From contig CAXXMD010000003.1 in assembly GCA_963675755.2 (NCBI GenBank), positions 2,976,001-3,040,000 on the forward strand: DNA of 64,000 bases. The letters run 5' to 3'. The notes below the pieces were generated by a model, which ran no database searches, was not told where the DNA came from, and was given only the letters and a program-made list of their open reading frames with translations. Made by a program: the position numbers and the translations under genes. This DNA is from a bacterium. Its GTDB lineage: Bacteria > Zhuqueibacterota > Zhuqueibacteria > Residuimicrobiales > Krinioviventaceae. Positions within the stretch are counted from its first letter, which is position 1; each line of letters opens with the position of its first letter. Positions 19,927 to 29,111 of this stretch are shown one piece after another.

Positions 19927-20931
19927 ATGAGCAAACTTGCACTGGTTACCGGTGCTTCCGGTTTTACCGGAAGTTATATGGTTAAAAATCTCCATGAACA
20001 TGGCTATAAAGTCCGGGCAATGGTGCGTTCTACCAGCAATACACATGAACTGGATGGTCTGGATGTTGAACTGGTATCCGGTGATCTCTTGAATCAGGCC
20101 GATGTCGAGAATGCGGTAAAAGGTGTTGATGTTGTGTATCATATTGCTGCATTTTATCGTTCTGCTAATGAACCGGACCAGGTTTATAGAGATGTAAATG
20201 TAACCGGTACCCGCTATATTTTTGATGCAGTTTTAAAACACAATGTGGAACGAGTTGTGTATTGTAGTACTGTAGGTGTACATGGACATGTTGATAATCC
20301 CCCTGCTGATGAAAATGCTCCTTTAAAACCGGGAGATATTTATCAGATCACCAAGGTTGAAGCCGAAGCCCTTGCTATGCAATATTACAAGGAAAAGAAT
20401 CTACCGGTTACCATTGTTCGTCCTACCGGTATATATGGCCCTGGCGATTTGAGGATGTTAAAACTGTACAGAATGGTGCAGAAAAAGCGTTTCCTGATGC
20501 TGGGCAATAAAGATCCGTTTTATCATTTGACCTATGTTACCGATATCGTTGAAGGTTTTCGCCTGGCGGGAGAGAATTCCAATTCAATTGGTCAGGCATA
20601 TATCATTGCCGGTGAGCCTTATATAACCCTGAAACAGTTTGCGGAAACTATAGCAAGCGTACTCAAAATAGATCTTAAAATTGTAAAATTTCCTTTATGG
20701 CCTGTTTATGCAGCTGGCTATGTGTGCGAAAAAATTTGTGTACCTTTGCGTGTACAACCCCCAATCTTTAGAAGACGTGTAGATATTTATGTTAAAGATC
20801 GTGCTTTTGATTGTTCTAAAGCAAAGAATGAACTGGGTTATAAACCCCAGGTAACTCCGGATGAAGGTATTCGACGCACCGCAGAATGGTATATAGAAAA
20901 AGGATACCTGACACCTGTTAATTCAAACTAA
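19927..20931 (+). CDS. NAD-dependent epimerase/dehydratase (extended SDR)
   Basis: TGASGFTGS, YQITK (YxxxK), RPTGIYGPGD. Confidence 0.85.
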   Translation: MSKLALVTGASGFTGSYMVKNLHEHGYKVRAMVRSTSNTHELDGLDVELVSGDLLNQADVENAVKGVDVVYHIAAFYRSANEPDQVYRDVNVTGTRYIFDAVLKHNVERVVYCSTVGVHGHVDNPPADENAPLKPGDIYQITKVEAEALAMQYYKEKNLPVTIVRPTGIYGPGDLRMLKLYRMVQKKRFLMLGNKDPFYHLTYVTDIVEGFRLAGENSNSIGQAYIIAGEPYITLKQFAETIASVLKIDLKIVKFPLWPVYAAGYVCEKICVPLRVQPPIFRRRVDIYVKDRAFDCSKAKNELGYKPQVTPDEGIRRTAEWYIEKGYLTPVNSN

Positions 20932-20937
20932 TGGTGG

Positions 20938-21681
20938 ATGATTATGAGTGAACAAACACCCATCGGAATTCAACGTGACCTGCATGACCAGTCTCAGGGC
21001 AAACTAGGGAAATACTGCAGCCTTGTGGTTGGTAAAAATGGGCTGGGCCCATTAATCAAATACGAGTTGGTGCAAATGTTGAGCACCGCAGTGCCTGGTG
21101 CCTTTGGTTTGTTACTGCGCAGCAAGCTGTACAAGTCTCTGTTGGGTTCGTGTGGCCGCAATGTCAATTTTGGCATGAATGTTATCCTTCGTCATCCGCA
21201 TAAAATACACATTGGTGATAATGTTAATATAGATGATAATTGCTTAATAGATGCAAAAGGGACTGAAAATACCGGCATTTCCATAGGCTCCGGTTCTTTT
21301 ATAGGCAGGAATACTATACTCAGTTGTAAAAACGGTGATATTGAGATTGGTGAAAATGCCAATATCGGATTCAATTGTGAAATTTTTTCCGCAAGCAAGG
21401 TCACGCTTGGCAAGAACAATCTGTTTGCAGCTTATTGCTACCTAATTGGCGGCGAGCATACCTATGACCGAACAGATGTTTCGGTTTTAGAGCAGGAACG
21501 GATTTCACGAGGGATCACTATTGAAGATAATGTCTGGCTGGGTGCATCTGTCAAAGTAAACGATGGGGTTACCATTGGTAGAGATTCAATTATCGGTACA
21601 TCGGCAGTGGTAAGAGAGGATGTACCTGAATTCAGTATTGCTGTAGGAATACCGGCCAAAGTGGTGAAAAGCAGAAAGTAA
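20938..21681 (+). CDS. Hexapeptide-repeat (left-handed beta-helix) acyltransferase
   Basis: Repeated [IV]G-x-[ND] hexads, IEDNVWLGA, AVGIPAKVVK. Confidence 0.85.
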   Translation: MIMSEQTPIGIQRDLHDQSQGKLGKYCSLVVGKNGLGPLIKYELVQMLSTAVPGAFGLLLRSKLYKSLLGSCGRNVNFGMNVILRHPHKIHIGDNVNIDDNCLIDAKGTENTGISIGSGSFIGRNTILSCKNGDIEIGENANIGFNCEIFSASKVTLGKNNLFAAYCYLIGGEHTYDRTDVSVLEQERISRGITIEDNVWLGASVKVNDGVTIGRDSIIGTSAVVREDVPEFSIAVGIPAKVVKSRK

Positions 21682-21684
21682 AAC

Positions 21685-22911
21685 ATGCAATTGTCTGGCT
21701 CAAATGGAATTCAAAAAAATTATATACTACTGGCAGTTTTGATTCTTGTCTTTATTGCCGGAATCTGGCCGCAATTGAAAAATGATACAGGTGATTTAAA
21801 TTTCTATGTGCACCAGGCAGATGCCTTTTTGCATGGTCGTTTGGATATAGCCCCCCAGAAATATGATACCGCGTATTATAATGGCAAGTATTATGTACCT
21901 TATCCCCCGGTGCCTGCTATTCTGTTGTTACCCTTTGTCGCTATATTGGGTATTGCTGGTACAAAGGTTATGTGGATCAGTTTAATTATTACCATTCTCA
22001 ATATTTTTGTTTTACGTGATATTTTTAAATGGTTAAATGTGAAAAAAGAACTTGTTCCCTGGCTTCTGGTTGCCTTTTTTACCGGCACGGCTTATTGGAT
22101 GGTTCTAAGATATACCACAACAGTCTATTACTTTGCACATATAGTATCTGTTTCTGCCTTGCTATTGGCTATACGTGAAGGATTTGGAAAAGGACGCGGC
22201 TGGTTGGCAGGTTTGTTTCTTGCTATGGCGATTTTGTCCCGGCAGCTGATGGTGTACAGTACGCTCTTTATGATTGTTGTTTTGTGGCAAGGGTATAAAG
22301 GAAAATCCAACAAATCCAGAATTCTCAATATGGCAGGATTTTTCGCAGTGTTGGGCATCTTCTTTTTTGCATACCTGGGATTCAATTATGTGCGTTTTGG
22401 TAATCCTTTGGATACCGGTTATATGTACATCCAGTTTACTCCTTTTTTGAAATTACGAATAGAGAAATATGGTTTATTCAATATAGCATATGTTCCATTT
22501 AATTTTATAAACCTGTTTTTACAGGGCTTTCATGTTAACTTTAGTCAGCCCTTGTTGTTACGCATTGTCGATGTAGACCATTTTGGTACATCCATAACCT
22601 TTGCGAGTCCCTTTGTTTTTGCTGCATTTTGGGCAAAGGGAGACCGCGCAATTATCCGTGCTGCCTGGATTTCGATTTGTCTTGCTATACTGCATATGTT
22701 GTTTTATCATAATAATGGTTGGTATCAGATCAATGCGCACCGTTTTACGCTGGACTTTTTACCGGTTCTGATGGTGCTGGTTGCTTTGAGTGCTCAATCT
22801 GTACATCAAAAATTGTTCAAATTTGGTATTATTTATTCATCGGTATTGAATATTTTAGCTTTATTACTGGTTCCACTTTTAGCTGCTGTCTTGAAATTTA
22901 TTGTAAAATAA
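21685..22911 (+). CDS. Polytopic membrane protein, GT-C-like glycosyltransferase
   Basis: About 10 TMs; QADAFLHGRLD, YYVPYPPVPAILLLP, FNYVRFGNPLDTGY, RFTLDF. Confidence 0.55.
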   Translation: MQLSGSNGIQKNYILLAVLILVFIAGIWPQLKNDTGDLNFYVHQADAFLHGRLDIAPQKYDTAYYNGKYYVPYPPVPAILLLPFVAILGIAGTKVMWISLIITILNIFVLRDIFKWLNVKKELVPWLLVAFFTGTAYWMVLRYTTTVYYFAHIVSVSALLLAIREGFGKGRGWLAGLFLAMAILSRQLMVYSTLFMIVVLWQGYKGKSNKSRILNMAGFFAVLGIFFFAYLGFNYVRFGNPLDTGYMYIQFTPFLKLRIEKYGLFNIAYVPFNFINLFLQGFHVNFSQPLLLRIVDVDHFGTSITFASPFVFAAFWAKGDRAIIRAAWISICLAILHMLFYHNNGWYQINAHRFTLDFLPVLMVLVALSAQSVHQKLFKFGIIYSSVLNILALLLVPLLAAVLKFIVK

Positions 22912-22920
22912 AGGTAAAGC

Positions 22921-24057
22921 GTGACAGATAACAAATACAATATTCTTCATGTGATTGATAAATTTTCAATGGACGGAGTGAATCCAAGCAGCTGCGCCTA
23001 CCTGATCCGTGACTGGCACCGTTATGCAAATAAAGACCATTTCAATGTGATGGCATGTGGACTAAAAGCCGAAGAACCAGCGGGTGAGATTTATCGTAAA
23101 TCGGGTATTCCGGTTTTCTTTTTGGGTAATGGCAAATATTCTCCCGGAAATGTTACCGGGCTCATGCGTCTGATTGACTGGGAAAAGATTGACTTGCTGC
23201 ATTTGCATGGATACAGTTCTGCAAATTTTGGACGAATTGCAGCGAAACTGAAAAAGATTCCCAATATTGTGCATGAACATGCTATTCTAAAAATTTTACC
23301 GCATCAATATATTGCGGATCTGCTGCTAAAAGGTTTAACCGACTGCGGTGTTGCGGTATCGGGCGCGGTTAAAGATTTTATGGTTTCCGGTAGGCATGTA
23401 CCCAGGAAAAAAATTAAGGTGGTTTATAATGGTGTGAATTTGCATAAATTTGTCAAGAGCGATCCAGAGTCTGTTGCCAATCTACGTCATGAATTGGGAT
23501 TATTGCCCGATCATTTTATAATAGGGAATCTGACACGATTACGTGAAGAAAAGGGCAATGCGGTACTGATAGAGGCGATGAAATCTATTGTTGCAAAGCA
23601 TCCCATGGTGAGACTGGTTATTGCAGGTGACGGCCCGGAAAAGCAGGAACTTGAAACGCTGGTTCATAATCTGGAGCTTGATGAATATGTAAAGCTGGTT
23701 GGTTTTCGACGTGATATCATGGAGCTTTTAACTCTGTTTGATTTGATGGCAATTCCTTCTCTGAATGAAGGTTTTGGCCTGGTTCTTGTAGAAGCTTTGG
23801 CAATGGAATTGCCTTCTGTTTGCTCACATGTTGGTGGTTTGGTAGAAATTGCCGGAGAACCTCCTTGTGCGCAGCTGGTTCCCGCAGGAGATTCTGATTT
23901 GCTTGCACAAGGGATTCTTGAATTGATAGAAAAACCCAATATGGCAAGACGAATGGCACAACGGGGATTAATTGAAAGTCAGAAATTCAGTATTGAAAAC
24001 AATGTAACTCGACTTGAAGAAATTTATTTGTCCCTTCTTGAAAAGAAGGATTATTAA
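22921..24057 (+). CDS. Glycosyltransferase family 4
   Basis: VYNGV, RLREEKG, PSLNEGFGLVLVEALA; GTG start. Confidence 0.9.
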   Translation: MTDNKYNILHVIDKFSMDGVNPSSCAYLIRDWHRYANKDHFNVMACGLKAEEPAGEIYRKSGIPVFFLGNGKYSPGNVTGLMRLIDWEKIDLLHLHGYSSANFGRIAAKLKKIPNIVHEHAILKILPHQYIADLLLKGLTDCGVAVSGAVKDFMVSGRHVPRKKIKVVYNGVNLHKFVKSDPESVANLRHELGLLPDHFIIGNLTRLREEKGNAVLIEAMKSIVAKHPMVRLVIAGDGPEKQELETLVHNLELDEYVKLVGFRRDIMELLTLFDLMAIPSLNEGFGLVLVEALAMELPSVCSHVGGLVEIAGEPPCAQLVPAGDSDLLAQGILELIEKPNMARRMAQRGLIESQKFSIENNVTRLEEIYLSLLEKKDY

Positions 24058-24080
24058 GAATAAAAAAAAGAGGGCTGTAA

Positions 24081-25100
24081 ATGAGATCTGCTATTGTAGG
24101 TTGTGGAAATATATCCCGGTTTCATATTCATGGTATCAGCACCTCTCCGTTGGCGTATCTCGCCGCGGTTTGTGATACCAATGCAGAACTTGCGGAAAGC
24201 AAGGCAAAGGAACTGGGAGTAAAAGCGTATACCCAGGTTGACGAAATGCTTGAAAACGAAGAACTGGATGTAATACATGTTCTGGTTCCACCGCAATATC
24301 ATAAAGATGTTGCCGTTAAAGCAATGTCCCGGGGTGTGCATGTATTGGTAGAAAAACCCATGGCGGTATCTACCAAAGATGCTGATGCCATGATTGCCGC
24401 GGCAGAGGAGAACAATGTAAAGTTGTGTGTAAACCACAACATGACCTATGAACCCTCCTATGTTAAAACCAGAGATCTGGTAAATAGCTATGAATTTGGC
24501 GAACTCTTGCACATTGATGCATTTATGGCATTCGATCTGAGACGTACTCTAGGTGAAGGCGGCTTGGACTCTGTTTGGCAAAGTCAGTTAAAAGGACATT
24601 TCCTGCAGGACTTGTTACCTCATCCCGCATCTATGGTATTAGAGCTTTTACGTGGTTACTCCAAGGCGAATGTTATCTATAGAAAAGATGCAAATGATCG
24701 CTTGAAAGATCAGGCCAACATAATGCTTGAATCTCAATTGGCAACTGCCAACATTACCCTGTCCTTATCTGCACAACCCGATGTGTTTGGAATGACTTTG
24801 TATGGAACCAAGATGATACTAAAGTCTGATTTTTCAAATATGAGCGTTGTGAAACAAAAAACCTATAAAGTACCAAGAAAACTGATGCGCGGTGTAGACA
24901 GCATTTCACAATCCATGCAGATTTTCGGAAACACTGTTGGCACAACTGTGGGCCTGGCGTTGAAACGCGTTTCCGAAGCGGGTGGTATGGGTGCGTTGAT
25001 ACATGCATTTTATGAAAGCCTAGATAAAGACTGGCCTGTTCCGGTAACCGGTGCGGAAGCCAGAGGCGTTGTTGAATTGTCTGAAAAAATCTGGAAATAA
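24081..25100 (+). CDS. Gfo/Idh/MocA family oxidoreductase
   Basis: AIVGCGNIS, HVLVEKPMA, DLLPH. Confidence 0.88.
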   Translation: MRSAIVGCGNISRFHIHGISTSPLAYLAAVCDTNAELAESKAKELGVKAYTQVDEMLENEELDVIHVLVPPQYHKDVAVKAMSRGVHVLVEKPMAVSTKDADAMIAAAEENNVKLCVNHNMTYEPSYVKTRDLVNSYEFGELLHIDAFMAFDLRRTLGEGGLDSVWQSQLKGHFLQDLLPHPASMVLELLRGYSKANVIYRKDANDRLKDQANIMLESQLATANITLSLSAQPDVFGMTLYGTKMILKSDFSNMSVVKQKTYKVPRKLMRGVDSISQSMQIFGNTVGTTVGLALKRVSEAGGMGALIHAFYESLDKDWPVPVTGAEARGVVELSEKIWK

Positions 25101-25111
25101 AGGAGCACATC

Positions 25112-26101
25112 ATGAAAGTCCTAGTAACGGGAGCATCTGGTTTTTTAGGCAGCCGTTTGGTTGAGGTGCTAGTAGAAAAGAAATATGATGTAAAGGCAAT
25201 GGTAAGGCAGCAAAGTAATCGGGAGCATCTCGATAAATTGCCGGTTGAGATCTTTACCGGAGACCTGAAAGATAAATCTACACTCCAGGGTATTATGGAT
25301 GGAGTGGATGTTGTTATACATGCCGGTGCAACCACTTTCGGCACATTTGAAGAACAAAAACAAGGTACCATTGAAGGTACGCGCTACATGCTTGATCTTG
25401 CTGAAGAAGCGGGTGTCAAGAAATTTATTCACATCAGTTCACTTACGGTTTACGATATCAACAACGTACCCAATAATGCATTGATCAATGAGGCGTATCC
25501 CATTGAGCCTTACCCCGAAAAAGTGGGACCTTATGCATATACCAAAACCGAGAGTGAAAAGCTGGTGCAGGAACGTATGAAAAAAGAAACCCTGCCAATA
25601 ACCATTGTTCGTCCGGGATTGGTTTATGGTTCACGCCGTAATATGTTTTTCCCGCACCTGGGATTTTCTGCTGGTGGCGGCAAACTGATTGTAACAATTG
25701 GTTGGGAAAGTAAAGTATTGCCCCTTACTTATTTATACAATACATGTGAAGTGATTGCACGGCTTATAGAGCATGATCGTGCGGTTGGACAAATTTACAA
25801 CATTGTAGATCCCAAAACCATTACTTATAAACAATACCTGAATTATTATTTACGCGCTATGAGAATGAAAAGTATTGTCGTTCCTTTCCCATACACACTG
25901 TTAAAGCTTGTGGCGTTTGGTTTTGAAATGTTGAACAAGATACCGCCATTAAAAGGCAAATTCGGTATGAGTCGTTATCGTTTGAATCCTAAATTCAAAA
26001 AAGTAAGATTTGACGGTTCTCTGGTACTCAAAGAATTAAACTGGTACCCCGAATTGTCTCTTGATGAATCCCTGCATCGTGCATTTCATGAGGATGAGTA
26101 A
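25112..26101 (+). CDS. NAD-dependent epimerase/dehydratase (extended SDR)
   Basis: TGASGFLGS, HISSLTVY, YAYTK, RPGLVYG. Confidence 0.85.
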   Translation: MKVLVTGASGFLGSRLVEVLVEKKYDVKAMVRQQSNREHLDKLPVEIFTGDLKDKSTLQGIMDGVDVVIHAGATTFGTFEEQKQGTIEGTRYMLDLAEEAGVKKFIHISSLTVYDINNVPNNALINEAYPIEPYPEKVGPYAYTKTESEKLVQERMKKETLPITIVRPGLVYGSRRNMFFPHLGFSAGGGKLIVTIGWESKVLPLTYLYNTCEVIARLIEHDRAVGQIYNIVDPKTITYKQYLNYYLRAMRMKSIVVPFPYTLLKLVAFGFEMLNKIPPLKGKFGMSRYRLNPKFKKVRFDGSLVLKELNWYPELSLDESLHRAFHEDE

Positions 26102-26111
26102 TTAACGCCTT

Positions 26112-27131
26112 ATGAAGCAAAAAATTTCAAAGCAATTAAAATTGATTGGTAGAGTGGCCCTTAGCGGGGCCATTCTTTTGTATTTAATCAGCAAAATAGA
26201 TTTTGCTGCTGCCAAAGACAGTCTGTCAACACTCAATTTCGGTTTTCTTGCCCTGGCTCTGGTACCATCGGTTGTAGAGTTGATTTTAAAATCGTTAAAG
26301 TGGCAAATGCTATTACGGATCAAAAATATTCGTGTGCCTTTTTACGAAATTTTCAAGATTTATTATATCAGCAGTTTTATTGGTACGTTTTTACCATCCA
26401 GTCTGGGAATTGATGTATTGCGCTCTTATAGCATGTCACGATTCATTAGAAATGCCCAGGAATCTGTATCAACGGTTTTTGTCGACAGATTGTTGGGTGT
26501 GTTATCGCTTGTTTTTGTTGTATTGATGGGGGTTTTGTCAGTACGGACAACATTGGTTAACAATATGTGGCAGTTTGTTTTAACCATTGTTGGGGTAATT
26601 TTTATCTTATTTACGGGGCTAATCTTGTCCCGGCATTTGATTGTATTACTTGAAAAGATATTAAAGCAGTTCCGTATTAAACCGGAAAAGATTCGGAAAT
26701 ATATAGACTTGTTGCACAATATATATAATTCCATAATTGATTTTAAAAACAACAAAGTACAGGTTTTCAAAGTTTTTCTCGTTTCTATCATTTTTCAATT
26801 CAGTCGTATTGCCATTACCTGGTGTGTAGGTTTGTCTTTTGGAATTGATCTTAGTATAAAATATTGGATCATTATCGTTCCTTTGGTAACACTTGCCACC
26901 ATGCTGCCGCTGGCAGTAGGAGGGATTGGTATTCGTGAAGGGGCATTTGTTTTCTTTTTGAATAAAATGGGTGTACCTATTGAAACCGGCTTTTTGTTAT
27001 CCATTACCGTATTTCTGCTCGCTGTATTTACCGCCATTCCCGGATTTGGTTTTTATCTGCGGTACGGAATTAACACTTCTAAGGACAATGATACCAATTT
27101 CAAAAATGACCCAAATGTGCAACAGAATTGA
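26112..27131 (+). CDS. Lysylphosphatidylglycerol-synthase TM domain / UPF0104 flippase-like membrane protein
   Basis: KWQMLL, FLPSSLGIDVLR, VFVDRLLG, LPLAVGGIGIRE. Confidence 0.8.
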   Translation: MKQKISKQLKLIGRVALSGAILLYLISKIDFAAAKDSLSTLNFGFLALALVPSVVELILKSLKWQMLLRIKNIRVPFYEIFKIYYISSFIGTFLPSSLGIDVLRSYSMSRFIRNAQESVSTVFVDRLLGVLSLVFVVLMGVLSVRTTLVNNMWQFVLTIVGVIFILFTGLILSRHLIVLLEKILKQFRIKPEKIRKYIDLLHNIYNSIIDFKNNKVQVFKVFLVSIIFQFSRIAITWCVGLSFGIDLSIKYWIIIVPLVTLATMLPLAVGGIGIREGAFVFFLNKMGVPIETGFLLSITVFLLAVFTAIPGFGFYLRYGINTSKDNDTNFKNDPNVQQN

Positions 27132-27226
27132 AATAGAGTGGGACATTTTTATTCGAATTTATTCGCTATAAAGACACCAATGGAGTAACTGTTAAAAACT
27201 GCAAATATTTTTTGCCCACATAGCCC

Positions 27227-27239
27227 TAACCTATTGTTT
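27227..27239. promoter_or_regulatory. Possible IHF-like site between the upstream motif and the sigma54 promoter
   Basis: TAACCTATTGTTT, one mismatch to YAANNNNTTGATW; weak in AT-rich DNA. Confidence 0.3.
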
Positions 27240-27304
27240 TTATTCGATTGAAAATAAGGCAACTTGACCAAATTGACTCTTGGGGAAACGCTGCTTGTTG
27301 AATC

Positions 27305-27320
27305 TGGCATAGTCATTGCT
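27305..27320 (+). promoter_or_regulatory. Sigma54 -24/-12 promoter
   Basis: TGGCAT-AGTCA-TTGCT in the 260-nt intergenic gap upstream of the secreted protein at 27392. Confidence 0.78.
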
Positions 27321-27391
27321 TAATAATCGATGGTAATAGTATTATTGCTACTTATATCCTTTGATATAATTAAGAACCATGGAGAGATAAT

Positions 27392-29005
27392 ATGAGGTTA
27401 GAGTTGATACGAAATATGAAAAGTCATTTAATATTATATACTATATTGATACTGATTCTGGCAGCCCTGATCAATAATGCGCATGCCCAGCTCAAAGTAT
27501 TGGAACGCAACCCGAATTACCTGACATATAATGGAAAGCCTTTGTTGTTGGTATGTTCTGTGCCTCCTGACAATGATTTTCATGTTGAGGATTTCGATCT
27601 TACATATTTAGATAGAATGGCTGAATATGGTGCAAACCACGTTTGGATTATGATTGAGAATTTTACGCGTGAAAGATGGGATTATGCCATTAATACGCCA
27701 CAGGTTTTTTATGACAAAATGGAAGCGATAGTTGCAAAAGCAAATGAATATGATATTATAGTTGGTATCTCTCTTTTTGGATATGGACTGGTTAAATACC
27801 CTTACATGTATTCGTTCAATGCTGCATGTACCGGTGACTGTGATGAAGGTCCAGGCCCTTTGACTGATCCCTGGGATTTTTATGATATAACTAACAATTC
27901 GGCTGAAGTTATTGAAGCTCGTGAGGGCCAAAAGGCGATAATGAAACGTATCGTTGAAACAACGTGGGAATATCCTAATGTGTATTACAGTCCCGGTTGG
28001 GAATTGAATTGTATCTGGAATAGTAACGTTGCTCTTTGGTACAAATGGGTTGTTCAATATATGAAATCCGAAGGTGAAAAGGTTAATCCCGATTATACAC
28101 ACTTGTTTGCTCTTGAAAAGAGTGTTGATCCTATAGAGGCGTACAACCTGGGAGCAGATTTTATTATTGATGAAGATGGTAATTCTCAAAAAGTTGAGGG
28201 TATTCCATTTGTCTATTGGAGTATGGATGGAGTTTACCGTGGCGAAACATTCTGGAATAAAGATGATGAGCCTCAAGCCAATTTTGAATTTGCAAGAGAT
28301 GAATTTGTACGCGGTGCGGCTGGTATTGCTTCAATATGGAGCACCAGAGCTTATGAGGAAGAATACCTGAGTGCAATTGCATCCTGGGCATCTACAATTG
28401 AAAATTGGTCAGATGAACCGGGACAGGAAATTACCGACGCAGCAGTACCTACAACAATCGACGGGATAATGAATGATATTCCGGGTGACCCGGATGTGTT
28501 GGATTTTACAGATTTTAGTTTGTTTGAAATAACAGATATTACTTCTTCTACAGGCCACCCGTTTGAGGTAGATAGAGCGGTTTCTGTTGGAAATCTTTTT
28601 TATACTGACCGTGAATATGTAATAACTTATATTCCGCCTGATTTCAGAGGACTTGTTTGGTTAAAAACTCCCAATGATGATAAACGTATTTCAGCAGATC
28701 CATATCTTAGCTATCGGATTAATACTGAAGCTACCATTTTTGTTGGTTTTGATACAAGAATGCCAACCCCACCATCGTGGCTGGATGCCTGGACATCTAC
28801 AAATGAGTTTATTGTTGATGATACCGGTGTAGAATATGAATTGTTTCGTAAAGATTTTCCGGCAGGTGTAGTCGAGTTGGGATCAAATGATGGTATGGAA
28901 AGCAGCTGCAGTATGTATATTGTTCTGCACAAGCCTACAGGCGATATTGACCTTGTTGCACCAGGAATACCTTCAGGATTTACATTGACTCCTCTTTTTG
29001 ACTAA
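27392..29005 (+). CDS. Secreted protein: putative TIM-barrel glycoside-hydrolase-like domain + C-terminal beta-sandwich + PxxP tail
   Basis: GGAGAG RBS; signal peptide ending AHA-Q; NPNYLTYNGKPLLL, YLDRMAEYGANHV, YPNVYYSPGWE; C-domain YTDREY..TPNDDK..FDTR..PSWL..KDFPAGVVELGSN. Confidence 0.55.
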   Translation: MRLELIRNMKSHLILYTILILILAALINNAHAQLKVLERNPNYLTYNGKPLLLVCSVPPDNDFHVEDFDLTYLDRMAEYGANHVWIMIENFTRERWDYAINTPQVFYDKMEAIVAKANEYDIIVGISLFGYGLVKYPYMYSFNAACTGDCDEGPGPLTDPWDFYDITNNSAEVIEAREGQKAIMKRIVETTWEYPNVYYSPGWELNCIWNSNVALWYKWVVQYMKSEGEKVNPDYTHLFALEKSVDPIEAYNLGADFIIDEDGNSQKVEGIPFVYWSMDGVYRGETFWNKDDEPQANFEFARDEFVRGAAGIASIWSTRAYEEEYLSAIASWASTIENWSDEPGQEITDAAVPTTIDGIMNDIPGDPDVLDFTDFSLFEITDITSSTGHPFEVDRAVSVGNLFYTDREYVITYIPPDFRGLVWLKTPNDDKRISADPYLSYRINTEATIFVGFDTRMPTPPSWLDAWTSTNEFIVDDTGVEYELFRKDFPAGVVELGSNDGMESSCSMYIVLHKPTGDIDLVAPGIPSGFTLTPLFD

Positions 29006-29014
29006 AATTATTGA

Positions 29015-29051
29015 AAACCACTCTTTTTAATGTTTTTAAAAATAGTGGTTT
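29015..29051 (+). terminator. Putative terminator hairpin
   Basis: AAACCACT-c-TTTTTAA / TTAAAAA-t-AGTGGTTT inverted repeat 10 nt after the stop codon. Confidence 0.6.
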
Positions 29052-29111
29052 AATTTTATTCAAAAAAATCTTACCTTTATCTAAAAGATAAATAATCAAT
29101 TAGGGATACGT

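Noticed and set aside
27113-27160. GAAA..GAGTGGGAC resembling part of a c-di-GMP-I riboswitch
   Set aside because: No pairing stem around GAAA and no GCAAAG or second stem; it also lies upstream of the promoter
27608-28276. 222-aa minus-strand ORF, and the other short antisense or alternate-frame ORFs in the track
   Set aside because: Nested within well-supported + strand genes; no family motifs
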